Below are positions 23,587-36,290 of a DNA stretch of 64,000 bases, piece after piece. The translations under genes were made by a program, and so were the position numbers. Source of the stretch: Eledone cirrhosa (lineage: Eukaryota). Position 1 is the first letter of the stretch. Each line of letters opens with the position of its first letter. The stretch covers positions 54,932,001 through 54,996,000 of the forward strand of contig OZ024744.1 of the NCBI GenBank assembly GCA_964016885.1, given 5' to 3'. Under the pieces are notes generated by a model that worked only from the letters and a program-made list of their open reading frames with translations, had not been told where the DNA came from and ran no database searches.

Positions 23587-23774
23587 CAGGCTTGCTAACC
23601 TCTAGAAACCAAAACGGGGTGTACCATGAAAAATAGAGTCCCAAAACGGGGAGAAATTAGGCAAAATGGGAAGATTTTACATAATAAAAGCTATACCTAT
23701 TTTCACAAGAGAAGATATCTCTTACACACCCCAAAACGGGTGGGAGATCTCCCCGTCGAGAGTTGACAGGTCTG
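23587..23774. mobile_element. Nested MITE (same family as 22745-22888)
   Basis: caggcttgctaacctcta...gttgacaggtctg; flanks aaacgc/aaacgg. Confidence 0.6.
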
Positions 23775-24787
23775 AAACGGGGTTATATTTTTGCCTATTT
23801 CTCAGGCATAAAATAGGGGGTCAACTTATATTCGGATCAGCTTATATTCGAGTATATACCGTACTTGAATAAATACTACCAGGCGACATTTGACAGGATT
23901 TGAACTCAGACCACAAAGGGCCGTAACTCTTTGCTGCAAAGCATGGCGTCCGACCCTCCACCGATACTTCCAATGATATAAGAGGGATGGTGCAGACGCA
24001 GGAGTGTGGAAGCTATAGCATATCTAACTTTCTATTAAAAAAAAATAATAATAGTGATGTAATGTTAAAAAAAAGATTATATTTTTTCTGTTAGATAACA
24101 AGACTTAGCGTGCTGTGGGGATTAGAGAACAATAGTTGAGCCGCAGGACGAACGTATTTAAACAACAGAATTTGATGGATTAGTAATATTTGAATTAAAA
24201 CTATAATAAAGGAATGTCTGCGGGACTGCGTACGGTTTTGTTTTTTTTATCCCGTTAGTAAAATAAGTTGGATTACTTTGAATAAATAATGAATGAATAT
24301 TTCATAATTTATCTACTAAATTTCGTAAACAAAAATAATTTCGTAAAAATAAATAATTTAAAATTGACTTCTTTTCAAAGCTGCACTTCCGGTATATCGT
24401 TGCAACCACCATCACCACTTCAACTACCATATATATAGAAAGAGTGTGTGATGTCAACACTTCCGGTGGCGATCACTTAAATAAGCATATTAATTTTCTC
24501 ATAATGCAGTTTATATATAATATCGTCTTTTTGTAATGTATGGATTACGTTACTGGTTACATAAGACTGATTACATAACAATGTCTTCGTTCAATTTCTG
24601 TTTATATTGTCAATTACGATTGTATTTGATGTATCATATCTACATGTAATATATACTTACGTATAATATCAATATACACACTACACATGCTAGCAGAAAA
24701 CCACCGGAAGGGTGGTTTTTCTACTAAGTATGTTTAATGTTTAATATTGAAAGTGATCAACCATATTTGTATACAGCAGTTGAATGA

Positions 24788-24925
24788 TGGGGGTGGAGTG
24801 GGGGTATGGTGGAGTGGTGTAGGGTGGAGTGGAGTGGGGTAGGTGTAGTGGGGTAGGGTGGAGTAGGGGTATGGTGGAGTAGGGTAAGGTGGAGTGGAGT
24901 AAGTGTGTGTGGTAGGGGGGGGGAG
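24788..24925. repeat. G-rich (GGAGT/GGGGT)n low-complexity tract
   Basis: Direct reading. Confidence 0.8.
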
Positions 24926-25129
24926 AAATACTGGAAATACTGTTATTATTTTACATTCAGTTTGCGTGTATTACAAATGTTATTTGGAAAGTAAACACGT
25001 AATTGACAAAATCATGTCACCGCTTGTCATTAACCTGTCTCCACACCCACATATCAATGATATTAACCATGACCTTAACCTTCTCCCCTTCATTTCCTTC
25101 TTATCAGGACAAACACCACATTTTTACTG

Positions 25130-25250
25130 CCGCCACCACCACCACCATGATGATGATGATGATGATGATTATCATCATCATCATCATCATCGTCATCATC
25201 TTCATCGTCATCATCATCATTATCATCATGGTCATCATCATGGTCATCAG
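25130..25250. repeat. (CAC)/(GAT)/(CAT)n compound microsatellite, probably the tail of an old minus-strand RTE-related element (25250-25500)
   Basis: Direct reading; adjacent catttaacattcgtttttccacatg resembles the reverse RTE tail. Confidence 0.7.
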
Positions 25251-25564
25251 CATTTAACATTCGTTTTTCCACATGTCACTTTGATATGTTCCCGCACTCC
25301 ACAGAGTGCACCGTGCAGTTTATCATGGCACCAGTACTAGAGAAGTCATCATGTCCTTGTCACAGCTCAAAAGTCCTCTCTACCGTTTATTTGGCAAGTT
25401 TTCTATGACTGGATGTCTCTCCCATCACCAAACACTTTCCAGAGTCCCCTGGGTACGTTATATCGTGTCACCAACACTAGAGAGATCGTCGGTCACAGAT
25501 TCAACAGAAACGCTCTCCCTAATCTGTGGGAGATTGGGGTGATATAGAATGGCGGGGGTGTAGG

Positions 25565-25733
25565 CAGTGTCGCATTTACCATTGTGCTTAGGTATGCTTA
25601 AACACAGAGCCCCGTTGGCCGGGGTGGGGGCGATTTTCCTGTGTAGGATTACCGGGCCTACTTCCTTCAGGGCCTCCTCCAGGGCCTCATAACTTAATTA
25701 GCACAGGCCTCATTTGTCCTAAATCTGGCACTG
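25565..25733 (-). mobile_element. hAT-like MITE with 8-bp TSD
   Basis: TSD ggtgtagg at 25557-25564 and 25734-25741; TIRs cagtgtcgcattta / taaatctggcactg. Confidence 0.88.
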
Positions 25734-26067
25734 GGTGTAGGGATGATGATATTAAATATGATGTCATTGGTAAAATCCCAGAATATTGTCATCTCCCACA
25801 ATGACATGCTCATCACTTAAAGCCATCACCAACCCCTTTCTCTGCCAAGTTGGACTTAGCCCCAACTTCAACTGTTTCACCTTCCCTAGCGTGTTCTGTT
25901 AACAAATTAACTATATCTTCTGCTTATGTGCGTATGGATGTGTGTGCATACATACATACATTCACACATCCATCCGCCCTCCAGCATTCCATCCATCAAT
26001 ACATACATACATACATACATACATACATACATACATACATACATACATACACAAAAGAATAACTGGC

Positions 26068-26385
26068 GCTCCGTCAGTTACAACGATGAGTGTTTCGGGT
26101 GATATGATCAACGGAAACAACCTGCTTATGCAATTAACATGCAGGTAGCTGGTATTCCACAGAGACATGTGCCCTTAATATAGTTCCCTGGGAGATTCAG
26201 TGTGACACAGAATGTGACATGGCTGGCCCTTCGAATTGCAGGTACAACTCATTTTTACCAGCTGAGTGGACTGGGGCAACGTGAAATAAAGTGTATTGCT
26301 CAAGAACACAACACACAGCCAGGAATCGAACTCACAACCTTACGATTGTGTGACGAATGCCCTAAATACTAAGCCACGCATTTTC
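26068..26385 (-). mobile_element. SINE family B
   Basis: Colinear with 13383-13700; B box ggaatcgaactc in reverse. Confidence 0.8.
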
Positions 26386-26467
26386 ATACGTACATACATA
26401 CATACATACATACATACATACATACATACATACATACATACATACATACATACATACATACATACAT

Positions 26468-27690
<1,223 letters not shown>

Positions 27691-27892
27691 ATATTACAAC
27701 AACAACAACAACAACAACAGCGGCATCAAAACATAAAAAAAGGAAGGGAAATACATACATACATACATATATACATACAGACATATGTACATACATACAT
27801 ACACACATACATACATACATACATACATACATACATACATACATACATACATACATACATACATACATACATACATACATACATACATACAT

Positions 27893-28528
27893 AATGGCTG
27901 CAAACTCTGCTAAGAGTACTGCAATCGCTTGTCAGATTACAGAGTTTGGTGCACTTTTAGGCTACGGCCAGCCACACAAACCTGTAACAGATCCTGAACA
28001 AGCAATGCCTGTGCTTTGAATGTTTTTTAAGTGGGGTAAGGCCTTGTACTCGACCAATCCCACTTTCTGAGCATCGCAAACACTACCCGAAAAGGAGAAC
28101 TGGTCAACATCATCGGATGCTTCCGAAGCCACAAGTTTTTTTTAGAGGTTCCCTCTCTTAGAAAGGTGTTGTGACAACAACTGGGGGCCTTTCACTCCCA
28201 GGTGAAGAAAAAAGTACTATTTGGATGGCCGTTGACTCTACTGAGGTCCTCTGCCCTTTGCCGGGTCCTGTATTTCATCTCGCAGGGTCTCCAAATATCA
28301 CCCTCCTCACCAAGCAAGCTTGGTGGGGAAGCCGCAGGTTTCTTTTTCAGAGTTCCCTTCTCCTAGAAAGGTGTTGTAACACTCTCAAGTAAAAAATAAA
28401 ATAAAAGTACTATTTGGATGGATGTTGACTCTGCTGAGTTCCTTCGCCCTTTGCCGGGTCTTGTGTACAAATAACACCCTCCTCACTAAACAAGGTTGGT
28501 GGGGTTGCCGGTTTAGTCGCCTGGCACA
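27893..28528 (-). mobile_element. Non-autonomous RTE-derived element with duplicated 5' segment
   Basis: Minus-strand ctaggagaagggaactctgaa motif twice, internal ~190-bp duplication, 3' tail gtactcttagcagagtttgcagcc. Confidence 0.55.
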
Positions 28529-28583
28529 AATACATACATACATACATACATACATACATACATACATACATACATACATACAT

Positions 28584-28630
<47 letters not shown>

Positions 28631-28715
28631 TACATACATACATACATACATACATACATACATACATACATACATACATACATACATACATACATACATA
28701 CATACGTACATACAC

Positions 28716-31112
28716 TTATACCAGAATGGTTGACATTAGCACAAACGTTACTGGTCCCCAAGAACAAAGACACCCACTTGCCAAAAAACTACCGACCCAT
28801 TGCATGACAGAACCTGATGTATAAGATGTATACAGCCTGCCTGAACCTATTCCTCCAAGATCACTGTGAAAATAATAACATCATCACAGATGAACAAGCA
28901 GCTGGAAAGAAAAGGGTTTGGGGATGTGCTGAACAACTCCTAATCAACAAAACTGCGATGTCGGAGGTGCGACAACTTAGGAGGAATATGACTACAGTCT
29001 GGCTGGACTACAAGAAAGCTTTCGATTCTGTTCCCCACTCTTTGATGATAGAGGCCCTCCAACTTGCTAAAGTCCCAGACATTATTGTCAGAGCCATAGA
29101 GAGGCTGTCTTCTTCTTGGGCTACTATCCTAAGGTTAAAGACAGAGAAGGAGGACTCTATTTTCACTGATAAAATAAAATATTGCAGGGGGTATATTTCA
29201 GGGGGACAGTCTCTCTGTGATATTGTTCATCTTGTCATTAAACCCCTTGTACTTTCTGCTCAAGAAATGTGAGGGATACATCATTGGCTCACAGGAGGAC
29301 AGAAATACGAACCTAACCCATAACTTCTTTGTGGATGATCTGAAACTCTATGCCAAGAACATGGATGGGATGAAGAAAAATCTTGACCTGGTTACAACGT
29401 TCTCAAAGGATATAGGAATGGAGTTTGGCTCATACATGACTGTAAAGCGGGGGAAAACAACAACCCAATCTAGCAACATTGTCATCAATGGTCTAACTGT
29501 TTCACCGATATCTGATGAGGACTGCTACAGATACCTGGGGATAGATGAGAACATATCCTATAATGGTATCCGTAATAAAGAACGCGTAACCAGGGAATAC
29601 TACACCCGATTAAGAAAGATCTGGTCATCGGAACTCTCTGCGCAAAACAAAACAGTGGCTCACAATGTGTTTGATGTGCCTGTCCTAACACCAACGTTTG
29701 GAATACTCAATTGGACGATAGACGAAATCCAAGCAGTTGATGTTGGAACTCGAAAATACTGAACAACACCGGAAACTTCCACATCAACAGTGACATAGAC
29801 CGCTTTTACTTGAAACGTAAGCAGGGAGGCAGAGGCCTAACATCAGTCCAGACAACATTTGAATGTCGCATCATATCTCTCAGACAACATCTACGAACCT
29901 CGAAGCGTAGGAGCCCGCTTCTCGAGCAAGGCTATCTGCATGAAACAGATAAGATCATGAGAGTTGGGAAGGAACTCCTTGAGAGATATTCCCTGTGTGA
30001 TAATCAAAAACTCACACCCAGGGATGTCGCTCAGCAGTATCGCAGTGAATCCATGGATGAAAAACTGAATGCCTATCAGCAAAAAATCATGCATGGATAT
30101 GTTGCCAGGAAGCTCCAAAGTGAGAGTAATATAGATAAGGAAAGTAGTCTATCTTGGACCAACAACCGCTATATTGGCTCCCACTTTGAAGGATACGCTT
30201 TTGCAATCCAAGAACAGGAGATTAGCACGAAATACCTGATTCACAAAAGAGATAGGGATGCAGGCAAAACACCTAGATGTGATAACAAGTGCAGACTCTG
30301 CAGAACTAACATCGAGGATATCACCCATGTCATCAGCAGCTGCCCAAAGATGTCATTGCGGTACTATCTACCTATGAGGCATGATGTAGTGGCCAAAACA
30401 CTGTACAATGCAGTTCGTAAAAAAGATAGCCCCGATAATAAACACATTAAAAGCTACAACAATGTGGAAGACATCCATGTACATAATATGAAAGAGTACT
30501 GGTGGAATATTCCAGTAAAAACCCCAATAAAATGCAGGCATAACAGACCAGATATTATGATATGGGACAGGGAGAAGAAAACATGCACAGTAGTGGAAAT
30601 TAGCTGCCCAGCAGATGTCAATATAATATCAAAGATTAGTGAAAAGGAGAATATTTATGCAGAACTGATGAGAAATCTGCAGATACTCCACCCTGATTAC
30701 ACCTTCAGATTTATGCCTGTGATTATTGGGGCACTGGGATATGTTAGTAACTGCCTTAATACAAATCTTGAGAAGCTAGGCTTCACAGGAACAGAAAGAA
30801 CACAACTAGTTAGGAAATTACAAGTACAATCCATTAATGGAACAGTAAAAAATATGTAAAACATTCCAAAAATGTTGCATCTAATAACTGCATATACACA
30901 TGTACAGATACAAAGCATATACACATGCACACATACAACTCAAAACATACACATCCACACATTCAATAACATCCATATCTACACATGCATGCATACATAC
31001 ATATCTACCTAGTTGATGTTGTGTAAATTCCAATGAGAGAGTCTTGTGTCTATGTTAGAAACCGACTCTCTCTCTATTGGTAAAACTTTGTGAAATTATA
31101 AAACCAGAAGAA
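28716..31112 (+). mobile_element. R4-like RLE LINE family 2, 5'-truncated, between (CATA)n tracts
   Basis: WLDYKKAFDS, FFVDDLKL, GGRGL, CRLC..HVISSC, RHD, HNRPDI, PVIIGALG; 3' UTR hairpin ccaatgagagagtc/gactctctctctattgg. Confidence 0.9.
29810..30859 (+). CDS. R4 family 2 zinc finger and RLE endonuclease (frameshifted pseudo-ORF)
   Basis: CRLCRTNIEDITHVISSC, RHD, RPDI, VEISCP, EKENIY. Confidence 0.8.
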   Translation: MKRKQGGRGLTSVQTTFECRIISLRQHLRTSKRRSPLLEQGYLHETDKIMRVGKELLERYSLCDNQKLTPRDVAQQYRSESMDEKLNAYQQKIMHGYVARKLQSESNIDKESSLSWTNNRYIGSHFEGYAFAIQEQEISTKYLIHKRDRDAGKTPRCDNKCRLCRTNIEDITHVISSCPKMSLRYYLPMRHDVVAKTLYNAVRKKDSPDNKHIKSYNNVEDIHVHNMKEYWWNIPVKTPIKCRHNRPDIMIWDREKKTCTVVEISCPADVNIISKISEKENIYAELMRNLQILHPDYTFRFMPVIIGALGYVSNCLNTNLEKLGFTGTERTQLVRKLQVQSINGTVKNM

Positions 31113-31149
31113 CATACATACATACAAACATATATATATATACATATAT

Positions 31150-31186
<37 letters not shown>

Positions 31187-31262
31187 TACATACATACATA
31201 CATACATACATACATACATACATACATACATACATACATACATACATACATACATACATACA

Positions 31263-31685
31263 TGGTGGCTGCCAACTCATTTTCGAGTACGGCCACTATT
31301 TTATATCCATGTAGGAGAACCCCTACCGATGCGCTGAACGAGTGTGACATTTTAGTCCGGCCAGCGACTTGAAAACTCTGGTACAAACATTACACTTGTG
31401 ACAATTAATGACACATAGTGCTGGGCCCATGGTACCATGTGACGACAAGTGCAGAGAGATCTCCAGATATAAAGCAATGTCTGTGCCGTGAAGTTTTTAT
31501 AGTGAGCAAAGGCACTGCACAAAGCCAGTCCAACTCTCTTAACCAAGATGATATTTACCAAAAAGAAGAACAAGTCAACATCATTGGATACCATCAGGGT
31601 TGCAGGTGTTATATCAGAGTTTTCCTTCTCCTAGAATTCTGCCTTGACAAAGGCTAAGGGGTCATCTCTCCCGTTGATTTTGGAT
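31263..31685 (-). mobile_element. Second copy of non-autonomous RTE-derived element
   Basis: Highly similar to 16695-17120 with near-identical boundaries. Confidence 0.8.
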
Positions 31686-31722
31686 GTACATACATACATA
31701 CATACATACATACATACATACA

Positions 31723-31753
<31 letters not shown>

Positions 31754-32815
31754 GGCCGGTCAAAAAAATATACTCGAAATTAAGAGAAAGAGAAAACATA
31801 CATACATACATACATCATGCAATCAGTCGCATATTTTGGCGTGGGAGACTACTTATTAAATTTAAGATGAATACTATCTCCGACAGTAATGCCACAACTA
31901 CAGTCATGTAGTTATTCTTCTAACTATATCTTCTGAAGACACCTTTTATTCGAATTCGTAGAGATATCCGACTAAATACATAATTCATTTCACAAGGATT
32001 TGCTACAAACAGCATGGCTGAACACAACATCAACAACAAAATTAAGGAAGTATCGAAGACAAACAACAAGAAAGTTGTAGCTACAGAAGAAACCGAAATT
32101 ATAAATCGCATTTCTCTTGGAGTTGCGAACTTAATAATGATTTATTTAATTGTTATAAAATGGCAAAAACAATCCCTCCATTGGCTATATGAATAGAATG
32201 AAGCTACACTGGGACGAAATGCACCCAGAGCTAAATTATTTCATAGCGAAACAATTACTCCAACAAGCGACGTTTGTTGAACGTAAAAATAAGATAAATA
32301 ATATTAATTGTAAGTCCCCCACAACAAACATGGGATCAACAACACGTGTTGCAGGTCGCCATGCTACTAGACTTCCTAGCAGCCAGGTCGAACAGCGGCT
32401 TGAAACAACTATGCCTGTAAGAAACATGACACCACCTGTAACATCTAAATCTACCTCGAATGCTGGGGTAAACACTATCGATAAAAATAATAATCGAAGA
32501 AAGAAGAAGAAGAAGAAGAAGAAGAAGAAGAAGAAGAAGAAGAAGAAGAAGAAGAAGAAGAAGAAGAATGTTTTCTTTATTAACCACAAGGGTTTACATA
32601 AAGTAGACATTAAGGACAGTACAGGACAATACAGGACGGTACAAATGGGCATTTCTGCGTGTAAAAAAAAAACAGAGGATGTAATAAAATAACAAAGAAA
32701 AATTCCCCAATAGGGGGGAGACTTACGAGGGACATTTGTGGAGAAAGCCCATTAAAAGACCACAGTGACCCTGACCACCAGGGCAAGTGCCCTCTCCCAG
32801 TTTTCCTCCTTTAAT

Positions 32816-35800
32816 TTACAGACACATACTCAGAGTAGGCCCATTCACTCGGGCCATACTTGCTTCTCTCACCCATCTTTCAACAAAATGCTGGGAAGAG
32901 AGCACTTCCCTCTCTACCCTGATTTTCCTTTTCAAATGAAATTTGAAAAAGTTAATCAGGGCATCACCGAAGAGGTAAGTGCTCGTCTTCAGCCCTTTCA
33001 AACGTGTCCACCATACTATCTCTTTCGCCATGGCCACCAGACAGATAAAAACTGCCTGCCCTTCCAGGCTAAAGGAAGGGGGTGGGGCAATCCTCACGAT
33101 GGACTCAGCTGATAGCTGGATCCGTCCTACACGTGACAGCAGGTGTTCGACATAAACCCACAAGTCAGCAATGCTCGGACACTGGACGAGTGCGTGCAGG
33201 ACGGTTTCGTCGCCCTGCGCGCATCTCGGACATGCCCGGATGACGGCACCTCCATGCCTGTAGAGTTTATCCCGAACTGGAAAAGCTCCCCGGTAGCACT
33301 GCCAGGCCAGGGATTTCTGGAAGTTGTCCATAGGCCCCGGCCCGAAAGTCCTTCCGAAGAGATTGGCTAGTTGATTTTTGTCGACGCCTAGAGTTTCTCC
33401 AAGTACGTCGTCGCTCTTCCCCTCCACTAATCCTCTATAGAACGCCAAGGTGGAGTTTCCACCGATCACATTGCCCAATTGGTCGAGGGTTGTGAACGCC
33501 TGAAGACATTCCAGTCTCCAAGCGCTCCCTCTCGGTCTTCGCTTGACCCAGGACTGCAGCTCCGTCAAGGAGACGAGCTGGGGAAAGACGTGTCTAGAAA
33601 ACGGCGACCACACCTGATCACAGTCGAGGAAGAGGTGGAGATGTCGTAGCCTGAGCGCGTGTCTGCGCATCATCAGCCACGGCATGCCCAGCCCTCCACG
33701 TAGCGGGTGTTGACAGCAGATGGACCGCCTGACCATCGGAGCGCGTCCCTTCCACAAAAAGCGAAAGAGCAAACGCTCCAGCGCAGTCAGGCGGGGCTTA
33801 GGACAAGGTACGACGGTCAGGCGGTAGTAGATGACGGACGCGATGTACGCGTTAGCCACCTCCGCTCGACCTTTCAGGGATAGCTTCCTCTCCACCCATT
33901 TCTGGGTGAGAGAAGCCACCCTGCTCGTCACCTCATCCCAGTTTTTGTCCGTCTGGAGGTCCGGACCGAACCAGACCCCTAGCAATTTAACCAGTCCGTC
34001 CGTCCAGCGCCCGACGACGCTGTTGGACGGCATGGACCTGCCTCTCCAGGTACCGAGCTGCAAGCCCACTGACTTTTCCTGGTTGATCATTGCTCCTGTC
34101 ACCGCTTCGTATTCTCTTAGTGTAGTGCCGATCGCCTCGATGTGTTTGGCGTTCGACACCACTACGGTGACATCGTTCGCATATGCTGACACGGATCTTC
34201 CGCATCCTAGTTCGCGCGGGACCCGCCTCAACGTCTCCAGTTTGTGCAGTAATGGCTCGAGAGTCAATACGTACAAGAGGGACGAGAGGGGACATCCTTG
34301 GCGGACCGAGCGCATGATGTTGAACGGTTCCGAAAGGTGACCGTTCACTCTCACCACAGAGCAGATGTCGCTGTGCATGGCAGCGATTCAGCCTCTAAAG
34401 ACGGGCCCAAAGCCAGCCGCCCTCAGGACTGCCGCTAGGTAACGATGGTTGACCCTATCGAAAGCTTTCGACTGATCTAAATTTATCAAAGACCACCCGT
34501 GCCAGGTTCCTTAGCTACCCTCTCTACGATGTATCGCATGAGGTGGAGGTTGTCGTGGATGGATCTATCGGGAATGGCGCATGTCTGCGCCTCTCCCACC
34601 AGACCACCAACAACAAGCGCCAACCTCTTTGCTAGCACCTTGGCCAAAATCTTGAACTCTGTGTTTAGCAGAGTTATGGGCCTAAAATTATCTATGTTAT
34701 CCCCCTTGTTCGGATCCTTTCTCAGCAGCGCCACCGCTCCTCGGCTCACAGAGCTGGGAATTCTCCCGTTCTGTTGCCAGTTGCAGTAGACGTCCGCCAA
34801 GAGGCCTCCGAACAAGTCTGGCATTTGTACGTAAAGTTCATAGGGCAGACCATCCAAACCAGGCGATTTACCCCTTGTGCAGCCAGTCATTGCCTCCCGT
34901 ACTTCAGCGGCTGTTATCGGCTTTTCGCAACACTCCGCCTCAGTGGCCGAAAGCCGCGGAAGTCCGTCGAGGTAGACACTAAAGTCCATCCCTCGATCCG
35001 GCCCGCCGCTGCCACCGAATAGTTGAGCGAAGTGTCGCTGAAAAGCTTCACACATTTGTCCGGGATCGAGTAGCATGCGCCCGTCGTGGTCCACCAAAGA
35101 CCGGATCATGGCTTTGTTGCCACGACGCGCCTCCGCCACTCGGGCCCATTGAACGGCTTTCGTCCCCTCGTGTCTGAGAGCACGCACCCTAGCTCTGACA
35201 ACGCAGCCTTCGTGCTTTGCATTGAAGAATTGGTCAAGGGCCAATTTCGCCGCAAGTACGTCGGTCGCGATGCCTTTGCAAAGCGCCTCGTCTAATTCTC
35301 TAACTAATTCTCCCTCTGCTCTATTTTTCTCGATTGCTAAAGCCTTACTAAACCTAATAGACTCTATTCTAATTGCTCTTTTCAGAGCAAACCACCACTT
35401 GTTGTTGACGATGGCCCCCGTCAACGCCCGCTTAACTAGTTCGCTAATCCGGTCTCTGTAGGCCTTGCGCGCTGGTAAGGACGCGTTTAGCTTCCAGTAG
35501 CTGGGTCCTCGTCTATGAAGCCTATCTAAGTCAAGCACACAGATCACGAATTTGTGGTCCGTGTAGCTGACTATCTTGAATTGTGGACAGCCTATGCTAG
35601 ACCTATCTATTTCCCTACAAAATACTCTATCTAGATATGATCTGGATGACCCTATGCGATTTGTCCAAGTCCACATTGGTACATTCGGGAAATCCAATCG
35701 GTACATTCGGGAAATCCAATCGGTACCTGTCAGACAGTTCAAAACGCCTGAGCAGGTTGGTGAGACTCTTGCATCCTCCTTCCCTATCCACTAATCCCAC

Positions 35801-36256
35801 ACAGTCCCAGCGTGCATCCAAGATCCCGTTCCAGTCGCCCACTAACACTAAAGAGCGGGACGTTCCAAGAAAGGTCTCCAGACGCCGGAAGAAATCAGGC
35901 CGCCCTGCTCCTGTCGGGGCATAGACGGCCACTAACCTGAAAGCTTGCCCGTCTCCGCTGGTCACGTCCAGCACCACCAACTTACCTTCTGGGTCCAGGA
36001 AGATGGCCCGTATGGCAAGATCCAAACCTCTCCGAAAAAGCACAGCAACTCCACCCCCCGATCCCGGACGGCTGGGAGATGCGTACATATCGTAGCTGCC
36101 GAAGATCGGTGCGAAGGCCCGTGCTTCGGAGATTCTGGTCTCGCTGATGGCAACTACATCTATGTTTAGTGACCTGAGGTCGTTGAACAGGTGGCCCTGC
36201 TTCCATGACGACCCCAAGCCACGCGCATTTATGCTGCCTATTCTGAGTGAGGTCAT
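32816..36256 (-). pseudogene. Tx1 ORF2 (APE, RT, C-terminal zinc finger), broken into three ORFs
   Basis: SINARGL, VYAPT, GDWN, PGLDGL, FRPITLLN, RQGCPLS, YAND (YADD mutated), CPRC..H..C; 22-bp duplication near 35680-35722 causes a frameshift. Confidence 0.9.
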
Positions 36257-36290
36257 GTTGAAATGGAGTGGAAAAGATGGGAAAGACCAC

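Larger units (their letters stand above)
23107..23861. mobile_element. Non-autonomous Tc1/mariner-pogo transposon containing a minisatellite and a nested MITE
   Basis: TA-flanked TIRs cggtacatactcgtatataagtcga / tcagcttatattcgagtatataccg. Confidence 0.8.

Noticed and set aside
24903-25340. His/Asp-rich ORF
   Set aside because: Translation of CAT/GAT microsatellites; no other coding signal
32189-32692. ORF with poly-lysine tract
   Set aside because: Chimera of the R4 N-terminus reading into the antisense (AAG)n tail of the Tx1
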